Assembly (NCBI RefSeq): GCF_006345805.1
Contig: NC_043015.1
Span: forward strand, 16,740,001 to 16,804,000
Origin: Octopus sinensis
Lineage: Eukaryota
Length of the DNA: 64,000 nucleotides
Reading direction: 5' to 3'
The position numbers and the translations under genes were made by a program. This document shows, piece by piece, positions 36,501-47,185 of this stretch (positions are counted from its first letter, which is position 1; every line of letters begins with the position of its first letter). Under the pieces are notes generated by a model, which was not told the origin of the DNA, did no database searches, and saw only the letters and a program-made list of their open reading frames with translations.

Positions 36501-39500
36501 TGAAAGGGCAATTCTTAATCTAAAAAATGAGACAATAGCAAGGATTAACCATGAATTAATGAATAAGATTCCAACAGTCATTAAGAAGTACAAATCAGTT
36601 GATTCAGTCTTTGATGAAAATCAAGCTGTCCATTACTCAACAGAGTAAATTCTCTTGAGCCACCTGGAATTCCTCTACATAAACTTTTTTTGAAGGTAGG
36701 AATCCTAATAATGCTTCTAAGAAATTGAGATGCTCCTATATTATGCAATGGTACAAGATTGATTGTGAAGACATCATCACCAAATGTGATAAAAGCTACC
36801 ATCATCACTGGATGTGCCTCTGGGGAAGAGGTTTTCATTCCAAGAATTCTAATCAAACCAACAGACATGCCTTTTGAGTGACACAATTCCTAGTGAGACT
36901 TTGCTTTGCAATGTCTATTAATAAAGCTCAAAGTCAGACTTTGAAATCTACTGGCTTGCATTTTATTGAGCTTTGCTTTTCTCATGGTCAACTTTATGTT
37001 GGTTGCTCCAGGGTTGGTAGTTTGCAAGACTTATTTGTCAATGCTCCAAATCAGAAAACAAAGAATCTTGTTTACCCAGAAGCTCTTACATAATTTCCTT
37101 CAATATGTGATAGAATTTATCTCCCTTCATAAAGTAGTAAATTTTTGTATTTTTGTTTTTCATTATTGAATTCAGAATTGATTTCCCAATTGAAGAATAA
37201 ATTGAATTTAGAATAACAAATTTCTATACAACATATTTTGCTTTTTTCTTCCAATATATAAGGAACAATTCCATTCCCAGGCAACACCGGGTGCCTCTGC
37301 TAGTATTTTATAAATATAGTTTACCAAGAAACAATCAGTTGACCAATCAGAATGTAGGAAACTACATAGATTTAGTCCATTCTTGGCTGTTTAATACTAT
37401 TTGATTTTTTTTTTTTTTGTTGGCCAGTTGTATAAAGTCCACCTAAATTAAAACCGACAAAGTAACCATACAAGAAAAAGAAAAAAGAAAAGCCCATTTA
37501 ATCACAACAGGGAGGTGAGTTTACCAAATTGTAGTAATCCAGATTTACAGATCTGAACTGAATCCAAATCTCTCCTGAATTTTCAAGAGAAATTTCTTGT
37601 TATCTAGTTGAGGTTATTGCTTATATAAATATCTCTTAGAAAACAACAGGTTTGATGTAAGTTAATATAGAATAAACTACTAGGTTATATAAAAAAAATA
37701 CTTCATTGGTTATATTGAATAAAAATACACTTACTTTCAGTGAGATTTTTCTTTCTTGGTGCTCTTTTACCACCATTATTTGCAAGATTTCTGATAATGA
37801 AAATTAAATTAAATTAAATATTTCTGTAGACTAAGAACAAGGACAATATTTATAAGAGAATAGATTATGAGAATAAGCACAGAATATCACCAATACATCA
37901 ATACCTTGATTAATGAAATCAATATGTCCCACATTTATATGTTGTTAACATTTGTACAAGGGTATAACTGACTGAAACCGTTTCATCTTCTATCCTATGG
38001 CCATTCCTAATTACATTTGGACACGCTTTTTCTAAATCTCAATGAGACATACATTTAACTTCTTAAGCATCTTAAATACCTTTATGGCATACTTGATATA
38101 ATTTCTCAAGAATTCTTTTATAGGCTGATGTTTATCATCAGCCACTGTTATCAAATAACTTCTTCAGTTGATTACAGTTTTATTAACAGTGGATTACATC
38201 ATCATCTTTCAACTAATTAAATAAATTTAATGCCTTCTGCTAGATAGTCACTTGGTTGAGTAGAGAATAATGCCTTCACATAACAGTTTTATTTCATATG
38301 TTTCATGATTTTGCTGCACCTGTATGTTAGTTTAGAAGTATTGTAATATTTACTTGACTTTTGCATGGCAACCTTTTCAGATTAAGTCATTATAGTTTTT
38401 AAAGCTGGCAGTGCGGGTCTCAATGATTCTGCAACAACACCTTTCTCCCCTAACTATTCTTTCCATAATTTTTACATTGGTACATAATGATATAGCTTTA
38501 TACTTGTATTATATGATGAGATAATAAGTGTACTGGATTTTTTTTTTTTTTAATTATTTGCATCATGTGATAGTTGCATTGGGTTGCTGATTTGGTATCC
38601 TGATATGTAGATAGAACTCTCAAAGGTAATATCATGCAGCCACATGGGAATCATGAGATGAGAGATGAACGAGCTGGCAGCCATAAAAAGGGGAATTATT
38701 GCTACACACAAGAGAACATTACCAGGAATGGTACAGCGTGGTTCTCGAAAAGTGAGCTGTGTAACTTGCAGTTTCAAGCATTCAACATTTGTCCTTGTGA
38801 TGGAGAGTTACAACACCCCCTTGCGAGACATAGCCTGGTCTGAGTAAAGTATAAATAGTAATGATCTGAGTGAGCTCAGAGTTCAGAGTTGAGCAAAGTT
38901 CACGTTAGTTCACAAGGAATATTGATTGTTGGTTTGTAAAGAGATTTGTTTAGTTTGTTACACTCTTTTTACTGTTGTCTGCTTTTCTTTATTGTACATA
39001 ATAAACTGTGTTAGAACATCTGGCAATAAGGTTTTCAAAGCTCACGTAGGTTATTTAACAATTTGTTCGTGATACAACTTGTTAAATAATAGAAGACATA
39101 TTAGCTTCCATAGCATAGTTGCAATAGCAGCAACAGGCATTGCAGAAGCAACCATTACAGCAACAACTACAATTATTGGAGCTATATTCAAAGAAGTCCA
39201 AAAATGAGGCAAATTCGTTTTTGCCAGACGGCATTTTGAACTCGATTAATGAATTAAGTTATAACCCAGAGGAGGGTATAACTTTTGCATTGCACTACAG
39301 AAGGTATGAGGACATTTTTAAGCAAGATTACAAATCATGGTCAGATGAACAAAAAGTGAGATTGTTATTGTGAAAATTAGCTCCGTTAGAGCATGAACGT
39401 TACTGTAATTTCATATTGTCCAAAAAACCCAATGAAATTTGTTTTAAGGAAACAATAGAATTACTGTCTAACATATTCAATGATAAAACTTCTCTATTTA

Positions 39501-42500
39501 ACACTTGAATGGAGTGTTGGAATATAACAATAAAAGAGAATGATGATTTTATCACATACACAGGAACAGTCAATAGGATGTGTGAAAGTTTTAAACTTTG
39601 CCTATGAAATGTAATTTCATAGGCAAAATGTGGACTAATGTCACGTTTCAAGGGAAAATATACACGACAAAAGTCTTCATTGTTAAAAATGCAACCAATC
39701 TGTTTGCAACCGATTGGTTAGAATTATTCAATTTACAGGACCTCCCCATAAATCTCTATTGTAAAAACATAAATGGTTGCCCTCTAAAAATAATTCGTCA
39801 TGAAGAGATATCTATGAAAAAATAAGTTGTTGAAGTTCACTCACTGTCATAGAACTTGTTTCTTGGGGAAGCAAGGAAGTCATGATTATAAATTCAAATT
39901 CTTCTACATAGTCTCTATGATATATCATCCACACATTCAAATACTCTTAATATAGCATATGGTACGTAAGTGAAACAAAAGACATGTACACCCCACCCAC
40001 TCACTCAGCCTATAAACTGCCACTACACGAGCCATAGTATCACCCCTGTTTGCCTCTTGGACATATGCACATGCATGTGACAAAGAAAACATCCTGTTAT
40101 TGGAACTGTGAAATGAAAAGCTCCATATACAAGGATTTTTGTTGTTTTCTGGAAATGAGAGGATGGCTACAGATATTAATGGTTATTGATAATAGTATTA
40201 AATATCTTGTACAAAAGTACATAAATAAATAAACATATATATTATACATTTTACAGATGAAAATAAGGGAGTGTTGCAGCTGTACAGTATCTAAGGTGAA
40301 CTGTTATTGGTTAAAATGAGGTTTTGTACAGAAGAAATATAAAATGAGATACTGGTGTATTTGTTTCATTAACAATCTATACAAGATTAAACAAAAAAGT
40401 CAACCCCAGGAATATCTGAAAAAAGTCAACCCAAAAATATCTGAACTTTGACAAGTCACCTTTTCCTTCAAAGATTACATACAACATGAAGTTTTCAGTG
40501 GGGATTTTCATGATTCCAACTGTTTTTATTTAGTTATTAAAGCTCAATGGGTTTGAACTTAGAATAGCTAAACACTGAATTAGATAATAAAGAATTTAAT
40601 AACATTCTAAAAATAATTTAAACATCAATTACTGAATAAAATTTATTGCAATCTTTTCTTCTTTTTCCTTTATACTGGCAATGTGTTTGTCAAACTCTTC
40701 CACTTCTGTAGTACTGTATATATCATATATACAGTTTTACTCATAATAGAAATAACAGAAATCCTAAATAATACCTAGCAGCATCAACAGCAATCTTCTC
40801 TAAGTATGCTAAGGTCCCATCTTCAGCACTTTGTAATCCAGGGCCTAGAATAAAGAGAAAATATGTTACTGGATTTAAATGACTGAAACAAGTAAAAGAA
40901 AAAAAGAACAGTTTAATATTTTAGATAATATATTTATTCATTTATTTGTTTCAGTCATTTGACTGCAGCCATGCTGGTGCACCGCCTTTAGTCAAGCAAA
41001 TTGACTACAGGACTTATTCATTGTAAGCCTAGTACTTATTCTATTGGTCTCTCTTGCCGAACTGCTAAGTTACGGGGACGTAAACACACCAGCATCGGTT
41101 GACACACACACACACACACACAAATACAGTAAAAATATTCTACATGAAAAATCTTATTCAAAATAGAAAATGATAATTTTATCATCTTTAATGAGTAAGA
41201 AAATATAGAAAACTATGAAACCAACACAAGTATCTTGAGAGGATCACAACAGATCCTCTCAAGATACTACTGTTGGTTTTTCTCTTGTATTGTTTTTAAA
41301 ACCATTCTATTCTTTCACCATTCCATATTAAAACAGAGGCTTTTACAACTTATTCTACAGTGAATGCAATCATTAATTTTGAGAAAACTCATGTTTATTA
41401 AATCAGTATTGTTCTGACATACAATTAAACCAGATTAACCAACGATCAGTGGCACTCTGTACATATTGAAACAGCGTGTGTGGAATATTAAATAAAGTAA
41501 ACTTGGCACATTTGTATAATAAATATACACTTTAATGACAACATCTGTACTCTACAATATAGTGACAGTATAGTGTAGCTGTTTAATAAGGATAAAGGTT
41601 ATAATGGCAGCAATCAATCTCTTATTTACTTCAGAAGCTCCATGCCTTTCTTCTCAGTAACACTATGCAAGCAATTACACTTCAGTTTGATTTACGTACA
41701 TGATACAATCATTTAGGACAATAGCTTTAACTTAAATATTCAACACCAACTAGCATCTGAAAGAAATAGTTTCAATGTAACTATTTATGTAAATATACCA
41801 TATTTCTATCTAATTTCACATATAACTGATTTAATTTTTATAGGAACCATAGTTCATCAAGCATGTAACCAAATAGCTTGTTCAGAAAGAAAAGTTTCAG
41901 GAGAATCTTTCGCTTGTAACATTACTACTAAAAAGTTTGGATTTCTTAGCTTCAATAGTTTTCAAGATACACTCAAGTGTATCTTGAATCAAGTAAATAA
42001 TATGGAGAAATAAAATATTATATAATACTTTGATTGTTGGATATGTTAGATGGGATGGTGGGGTTAATGTCAGTGGTGCACAACTAGAAACAAAATCAGT
42101 ACAAACTGTAGATCATCAATGCCATCATTATCTAAGTTGAAGGTCATTATTTTTATGTTGACATAGACTTGTAGTGGATCTGAGATACAGCAGATCATTA
42201 ATGAATTCCTTCTTTTATCATCTCTTCTGTGATATCCTGTGTACTGAGATTTGACTTTACCACTTTCAATGCCACCTTCCTTACAAAGTAATGTATACTA
42301 CTCTGTACTAGTCATATGTATTACTGTCTCATCCAAGACTCATTACGCACCCTCAAGATGTGAAATACTATTGATACTTGACTTACCAAGGGCATCAACA
42401 ACTTGATCAACGAGACCCATCTTTTTAGCTTTATCAGTTTTAATAGTTTTCCCTGTGAGCATCATATCTAAAGCATTTGGAACTGAAATCTAAAAATTAA

Positions 42501-45500
42501 AAAACAATAATAAAAATTACTAAAAATTGTCATAAAATATTCCTTTACAGTCTACAATGAAAATCATGATTTGAAATAGAAATTTACTTCTTAGTAATTC
42601 TGAACATTTTAAGAACTAAGGTTTAGATAGCAATCATTACATAACTATACATTGGTGAACATTTACAATAACAGAAAGAGTGTTCAAAAAGGAACGCCAG
42701 GGGTGTGTTCATGGTTTGAACTTGTGATCATGAAGTTATTAACCTCACAACTTCACCTCAGAGCCTCCAAATAACAATGTCTTAGATTAATATTTGGAAG
42801 AATATGTAAGGGAAGGTGTTCTTGATTAAAATTCCAATATATTTCAAGTACTTACTTTATCTATAAGATATAAAACTGAGAATATGTGTCTGTTTGTACG
42901 TGGGTATCACTAAAACTCCAGAACAACCCAACCAATTTCATGCAAATTTTTCACATGCCTTACTTAGGGTCCATGCAGTGTCATATGCCAACAAAATTTT
43001 CAACTTCTTGCCTAAAGCAAGCCTGGAGCAATATCTTATCCCTCACACTATTTCAGTATTACGTGTCAAAAGTGAAACAATAACATGTCTATTGTAAAGT
43101 GAGGTAATACTTTCAGTCTAATACTTTCAATATGTATATAATATACTAGCAGAGATACCTGGTGTAGCTTGGGATTAAAATGGCATAGTTTTTTATTGTT
43201 TTACGTTTTTCAGTGATGTGACTGTGGCCATGCTCGAGCAGAATTTATTCCTTGTAAGCCTAGTACTTATTTTATCAGTGTGTTTTGCCAAATGGCTAAG
43301 TTATGGGGACATAAACGCAGCAACATCAGTTGTCAAGCGATGGTGGGGGTACAAACACAGACACAGAGATTATATATATATATGTATGTATGTATTAATA
43401 ATAATAATATGACAACAAAAGAATGAATGAGACATCGATATTATGTAAAATAGAGGAATTTATCTATAAATATATGTGACAATTAGTTGGTTGTCATAAT
43501 AAAACTCAGAGTTTCAGATACTGGGCCTGGAGTCTGCTCCATCATTTCATCAGTTATTAAGACAAAACGCTATGGAAAAAAAAAACCCGTTGAATAAAGG
43601 TAAATTACTCCAATAGGCATGGTGAAAGTAATACTTCATTCAAAGAACCGCATACATGCACACATGTATGTATATATATCTATATACATACAGACACACG
43701 TATGAACATATACATACAAACACACATATATATATACATATGTCTATGCATACACGCACACACACACACACATATATACCCATGCACGCATCACTACGCT
43801 CATATATACATCTCTACATGTACACACACATATGCATATATACAAAACATAGTTTATACACACATGCATACACATGAGTGGAAAACGTATATACAAATAA
43901 AAACACATACACAAAAATGCACGCATCATTATGTTCATATACACATCTCTATACACACATACTCATACATACACGGATATACAAAACACAGACTATACGC
44001 ACATGCACATACAAACGTGGATAGACGTATATACAAATGGAAACACAAGCTAAAAACATAAGCCATAAAACATTCACATTCACCGCAAAACTTGAATATA
44101 CAAATGAATTATATATGTATATACACAAATACACCCTCCTGTCTGTCAAACACATCTACACCTGCAGATATATAAATGTATATACATACATGTATGTATG
44201 TATGAAGGAAGGAAACAAGTACAACAGGTAGTGTCTTGCACTCGTATATATACAATCATTCGTACACATGTATATATGCACGCACATATGCATTAGGTAT
44301 ATACTACAGGCGTATAAGTTACACAATTATAAAGGGTGAAAAATAATATACAAAAAAATATATATAAATACAATACATATAAATATATAAGACATGTCAT
44401 CACAAACCAAAATCATCACAAGCTGAGTCAAATGCAGATACAAGAGATTGCAGACCTGTTTCTGAATGACTGATATGACCACAATCATCAGCATACAAAA
44501 GTTCCCTAATGAGTAAACTAAAAACCTTCATTTTGAATTTCAGTCTGGTCAGATCAAAAACATTCCCTGTTGTTCAATATTTTATGTAAATACCCTTCTC
44601 AGAGTTTTGAAAAGCGTGTGACAGCACAACAGTAAAGTATACTGCAAAGAGGGTGGGTGCATCAAGGTCTCCTTGCTTTACTTCATTTGCCAAGGCAAAA
44701 GATTCAGAGAGCCTACCACCAAAGTTAACTCTAGCTTTCATATCTTGATGCAAAGCCCTGATCATGTTTACAAATTTTTCTGGGCAACCTATTTTCCTTA
44801 GAATTAGCCACGGAACATTTCGATTAACAGTATCGAATGCTTTGCTCAAATCAACAAAGCAATAGTATAGAGCAAGATTCTGTTCAATGCACTTTTCTGG
44901 AAATTGTCTGATAGTAAAGATACAATCAGCTGTGCCCCAGGAGGAACAAAAACCACACTGAGACTCAGACACTTTATTTAGAACTACGAATGTATTTAAA
45001 CATTCTAACAAAAGCGAAATCCCATGAAAATTACCACACAGATCCTTTGGCCCCGATTTATACAAGGAGACTAAATTGGCATCAATCTAGTCTTGAGGCA
45101 TTTTCTCAGTTCTCCAACAGTGACAAATTAATGTATTTAAGAGTTCAAACATTTTATCACCCCATATTTCAAGACTTCTGCACAGATTCCATCAGACCCT
45201 GGAGACTTGTTGTTATTCAGCTTATTCACAGTTAAATAAATGTCATTTAGATTTGTTCAAATGCCACCTCTTCTATAACTGGAAGATGTTCAATTTTCTC
45301 TATTGCCCTCATGTCAGCAGATGACGGTCTACTCAAAAGTGCAGAAAAATGTTCTCCCTAGCATGATGTCAGTCAGAAGCAAACGTCCATTTGCTGTTCT
45401 CACTGGAGCTATTGAAGAAGATTTTGGGCCATAAACCTCCTTAACATAAGAGTACAAACCCTTGGCATCATTTCTATCATCTGCTTCTTGTGCCTCTTTT

Positions 45501-46324
45501 GTTCTATCATTCCACCATTCCTGTTTAATTTTCCTTAGAGAAGTCTGCACTTTCCTTTTCAGCTTTCTGTAAGCTTCATATGAGTTGGGGTTCAAGGACT
45601 GAGAAAGAAGTGCATTGCCTAAGTTTTGTTTTTCTAAAAGTAGATCATGAATTTCTGCTGATCTATATGAGAACCAGTCACTGGACTTATGTGACTTAAA
45701 TCCCACTGACAAACTTGCAGCCTGAAATACTTTTGTTTTGAAATCTTCCCATAGTTTGGGTCAAGTCTGATACTTTCTATAGCACTGTGGAATCTTTCCA
45801 AGTTGCTTGATAATTCAAAGTTTGCAACATTTAACTTTTTGGGTCCCTTAGGACCAAACTGTTGATTTTTAGGCATTATTAAAAAATCTATTTTTTCCAT
45901 GCACTAGATGATGGTCAGTCCAGCTCTCTGCCCCTCTCATGGCCTGAATGCTAGAAACGTCTTTCATATCACATTTTCTGATCAAAATATATCTATGAGA
46001 TGCCAGTGCTTAGATCTTGGGTGTATCCAGATGGTTTTATATTTATTTTTCTGCTTAAACTCCAGATTGTTCTCAGTACAAAACGTCAAAAGAGCTACTC
46101 CATTTTTATTACATTTTCCAATACCATGTCAACCTAAAACAGGTCATGAAACATAGTCCTTTCCAACTGTTGCATTGAAATCTCTCAATTGGTACTTTCC
46201 TCACTAGAGCATCATAAAACTGTCCTGCAGTTTCATCAGAATGGGGCATTGCTAGTGCATAAATACTGACAACGGTAAGAAACCTACCTTTTGTCAGTTT
46301 AATACAGCATGACATGGTTTGTTC

Positions 46325-46379
<55 letters not shown>

Positions 46380-47185
46380 TGTATATCCACACACACACAT
46401 ATATATATATACATACACACACACATATATATATAGATGTGTACATATACATGTGTATATATATATATGTATATATACATGTATATATGTATGTGTGTAT
46501 GTGTATGTATATATATGTGTGTGTGTATGTATATATATATGTGTGTGTATATATGTATATATATATGTGTGTATATGTATATATATGTGTGTGTGTATGT
46601 ATATATATATATGTGTGTATATATATATATGTGTATATATGTGTGTGTATATATATATATGTGTATATATGTGTGTGTATATATATATATTTATATATAT
46701 GTATATATGTGTGTGTCTGTGTTTGTACCCCCACCGTTGCTTGACAACCAATATTACTGTGTTTACGTCCCCGTAACTTAGCTGTTTGGCAAAACAAACC
46801 GCTAAAATAAGTTCTAGGCTTACAAAGAATAAATCCTGGGGTCGATTTCTGTGACTCAAGGCAGTGCTCCAGCATGGCCACATTCACATGACCGAAACAA
46901 ATAAAACAATAAAAACTGTGCCATTTTAATCCCAAGCAATGCCGAGTGTCTCTGCTAGTCAACACTAAAAGAATCACAGAGTTTGAACCAAAACTAAGGC
47001 CTTTAGTATTATTGTCAGTCTATTGACTACCAATTGATAAGCAATAATATAAACTTTATACCTACCAGCCGAGGCAAACGCTGGGTTCCACCACCTCCGG
47101 GTAATAATCCAAGCATCACTTCAGGAACTCCCAGACCAGTTTTTTTATCTTTAACTGCAATTCGATGATGACAAGCTAGAGCAAC
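9508..47185 (-). CDS. HADHA: Mitochondrial trifunctional enzyme subunit alpha (enoyl-CoA hydratase / long-chain 3-hydroxyacyl-CoA dehydrogenase); 5'-incomplete, 17 coding exons found
   Basis: 17 exons with canonical AG/GT ends and compatible phases total 1842 nt (613 aa + TGA). The product aligns collinearly with human HADHA from ~residue 152 to the C-terminus ([83 protein letters not shown]). Confidence 0.97.
10786..10977. mobile_element. piggyBac-type MITE
   Basis: TTAA|CCCTT ... AAGGG|TTAA. Confidence 0.6.
11158..11212 (-). CDS. HADHA: HADHA exon ([18 protein letters not shown])
   Basis: 55 nt, aaacag| ... |gtgagt. Confidence 0.95.
11681..11880. repeat. Perfect 50-bp tandem repeat x4, each unit containing an 11-bp hairpin
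   Basis: Unit cagaggtgaagtccccaaaaaagtaacatatacacaatagtgtatatgtt at 11681, 11731, 11781 and 11831. Confidence 0.97.
11990..12310 (+). mobile_element. Very decayed CR1-like LINE 3' end
   Basis: Fragments [10 protein letters not shown] and [19 protein letters not shown] resemble CR1/L2 ORF2 C-termini. Confidence 0.3.
12483..12573 (-). CDS. HADHA: HADHA exon ([30 protein letters not shown])
   Basis: 91 nt, tttcag| ... |gtaagt. Confidence 0.95.
13385..13550 (-). mobile_element. tRNA-derived SINE fragment
   Basis: Similar to the SINE head copies at 33362-33448, 54575-54660 and 55440-55560. Confidence 0.55.
13789..13998 (-). mobile_element. tRNA-derived SINE (second family)
   Basis: Minus strand reads ggtagtgagctggcagaattgttagcac...gagttcaaattcc (A/B-box-like), then a central domain; partial relatives at 31490-31560 and 59135-59270. 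Confidence 0.65.
14056..14167 (-). CDS. HADHA: HADHA exon ([36 protein letters not shown])
   Basis: 112 nt, ttgcag| ... |gtaagt. Confidence 0.95.
16120..16373 (+). mobile_element. RTE LINE 3' end fragment with internal duplication
   Basis: gtggttggc..ggaagggca..ccatgccaaa occurs twice, then catgctagcatggaagg..aaacgatgatgatga tail. Confidence 0.8.
16789..16984 (-). CDS. HADHA: HADHA exon ([42 protein letters not shown]...RGAL)
   Basis: 196 nt, tttcag| ... |gtaaat. Confidence 0.95.
17090..17345 (+). mobile_element. SINE body and tail
   Basis: aaactgaaagaa..(GT)n..cttgacaactgatg..aaggtggtgccccagcat; same family as 40945-41115 and 55235-55560. Confidence 0.7.
17470..18361 (-). mobile_element. 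Internally deleted mariner transposon
   Basis: TA TSDs; ~30-bp imperfect TIRs (tgaggtggtatcaaaaagttcgccagctagtt / aactagtttgggaacattttgatgtcacttca); PPYSPDLAL motif in ORF 17561-17776. Confidence 0.88.
18799..18920 (-). CDS. HADHA: HADHA exon ([40 protein letters not shown])
   Basis: 122 nt, ttttag| ... |gtaatt. Confidence 0.95.
19338..19790 (+). mobile_element. Mariner 5' fragment (left TIR + HTH domain), truncated by the Penelope insertion
   Basis: tgagagtgggctgaaaagttcatatgctgac TIR-like start; [13 protein letters not shown]...[27 protein letters not shown], then [22 protein letters not shown]. Confidence 0.8.
19790..21740. mobile_element. Rearranged Penelope-like element: RT on minus, GIY-YIG endonuclease on plus
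   Basis: Minus: [34 protein letters not shown]. Plus 21398-21628: [13 protein letters not shown]...[15 protein letters not shown]. Confidence 0.87.
22351..22635. repeat. 75-bp inverted repeat with nested partial copies separated by (TA)n
   Basis: 22351-22425 is the reverse complement of 22559-22635 except for a 2-nt indel. Confidence 0.93.
22735..22822 (-). CDS. HADHA: HADHA exon ([29 protein letters not shown])
   Basis: 88 nt, taaaag| ... |gtaaat; carries the dehydrogenase His-Glu catalytic pair. Confidence 0.95.
23468..23554 (-). CDS. HADHA: HADHA exon ([29 protein letters not shown])
   Basis: 87 nt, tttcag| ... |gtatgt. Confidence 0.95.
23702..24064. mobile_element. Foldback / MITE with ~132-bp terminal inverted repeats
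   Basis: 23702-23833 vs 23933-24064, roughly 85-90% complementary by eye; ~100-bp spacer; no clear TSD. Confidence 0.8.
25582..25717 (-). CDS. HADHA: HADHA exon ([45 protein letters not shown])
   Basis: 136 nt, attcag| ... |gtaaat. Confidence 0.95.
26090..27200 (-). mobile_element. Decayed CR1/L2-like LINE RT fragment
   Basis: Minus frame [20 protein letters not shown]...ILGHVQER at ~26530-26655. Confidence 0.65.
27694..27864 (-). CDS. HADHA: HADHA exon ([29 protein letters not shown]...KKKKIS)
   Basis: 171 nt, tttcag| ... |gtata; Rossmann GxGxxG motif. Confidence 0.95.
28862..29620 (-). mobile_element. 5'-truncated RTE LINE 3' end with a 188-bp tandem duplication
   Basis: (CAT)n tail at 28862; homologous to 5023-5700; ggattggtg recurs at 29085 and 29273. 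Confidence 0.9.
29643..29754 (+). mobile_element. RTE LINE terminal ~112 bp, inverted relative to the adjacent copy
   Basis: Near-identical reverse complement of 28862-28975; ends in (GAT)n. Confidence 0.9.
30115..30610. repeat. Compound (TA)n/(TACA)n microsatellite
   Basis: Direct inspection; similar tracts at 3700-3845, 10284-10350, 21835-22200, 43650-44300 and 46327-46720. Confidence 0.97.
30930..31039 (-). CDS. HADHA: HADHA exon ([36 protein letters not shown])
   Basis: 110 nt, ttacag| ... |gtacgt. Confidence 0.95.
32153..32209 (-). CDS. HADHA: HADHA exon ([19 protein letters not shown])
   Basis: 57 nt, ttaag| ... |gtaagg; aligns to human VVKTGIEQGSDAGYLCESQ. Confidence 0.9.
32376..33362 (-). 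pseudogene. Endogenous parvovirus-like element: NS1/Rep SF3 helicase fragment
   Basis: Walker [17 protein letters not shown] (GxxxxGKS at 32912-32935), Walker [17 protein letters not shown], motif [12 protein letters not shown], Arg-finger region AIKNRLFYY; three overlapping ORFs joined by frameshifts. Confidence 0.88.
33362..33448 (-). mobile_element. tRNA-derived SINE head, 3'-truncated, fused to the NS1 fragment
   Basis: ggtgcagaagtggctgtgtggttagtagcttgcttaccaaccacatggttctgggtttagtcagactgcatggtaccttgggca matches SINE heads at 54575-54660 and 55480-55560. Confidence 0.75.
33502..33620 (-). CDS. HADHA: HADHA exon ([39 protein letters not shown])
   Basis: 119 nt, attag| ... |gtaagt; GLYPAPLKI motif. 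Confidence 0.95.
34685..37303 (+). mobile_element. Helitron RepHel pseudogene (post-Rep region + PIF1 helicase) with recognisable 3' terminus
   Basis: [69 protein letters not shown]; subterminal hairpin cccaggcaacaccggg and CTAG|T at 37300-37304. 5' end not located. Confidence 0.92.
37735..37790 (-). CDS. HADHA: HADHA exon ([18 protein letters not shown])
   Basis: 56 nt, atcag| ... |gtaagt; phases match both neighbours. Confidence 0.85.
38566..39830 (+). mobile_element. Gypsy LTR-retrotransposon remnant (probable 5' LTR 38566-39018, PBS, gag, protease piece)
   Basis: TG...aataaactgtgttagaaCA followed by tctggcaataagg (PBS-like); gag [23 protein letters not shown]; protease tail [24 protein letters not shown] start is tentative. 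Confidence 0.75.
40775..40844 (-). CDS. HADHA: HADHA exon ([22 protein letters not shown])
   Basis: 70 nt, ttctag| ... |gtat; phase 1 to 2. Confidence 0.9.
40945..41115 (-). mobile_element. SINE 3' half
   Basis: tcagtcattttgactgcagccatgctgg..taagttacggggacgtaaacac; same family as the core of the 43144 and 46722 arms. Confidence 0.75.
42387..42489 (-). CDS. HADHA: HADHA exon ([34 protein letters not shown])
   Basis: 103 nt, ttttag| ... |gtaagt; in frame with neighbours. Confidence 0.95.
42860..43135 (+). mobile_element. Probable non-autonomous Helitron 5' end
   Basis: a|TCTATAAGATATAAAACTGAGAATATGTGTCTGTTTGT...CCAATTTCATGCAAATTTT resembles common Helitron 5' termini (TC start after A). Confidence 0.45.
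43144..43372 (-). mobile_element. SINE-tail + Helitron 3'-end chimera (left arm)
   Basis: Minus strand ends aatcccaagctacaccaggtatctctgCTAG|T; preceded by SINE tail sequence. Confidence 0.75.
43493..43563 (-). ncRNA. Minimal type I hammerhead ribozyme motif (Penelope-type)
   Basis: GUCUUAAUAA-CUGAUGA-[31-nt stem II]-GAA-ACUC-U-GAGU-U-UUAUUAUGAC. Full core, stem I 9/10 pairs, palindromic stem III, GUU cleavage triplet; stem II imperfect. Confidence 0.7.
44540..46315 (-). mobile_element. Decayed RTE/BovB-like LINE (endonuclease + RT fragments)
   Basis: [79 protein letters not shown]. Confidence 0.88.
46722..46960 (+). mobile_element. SINE-tail + Helitron 3'-end chimera (right arm)
   Basis: Ends aatcccaagcaatgccgagtgtctctgCTAG|T; inverted homolog of 43144-43372. 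Confidence 0.75.
47066..47185 (-). CDS. HADHA: HADHA exon ([40 protein letters not shown])
   Basis: 120 nt, tttag| ... |gtagg; crotonase domain with the catalytic PEV glutamate. Confidence 0.95.
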
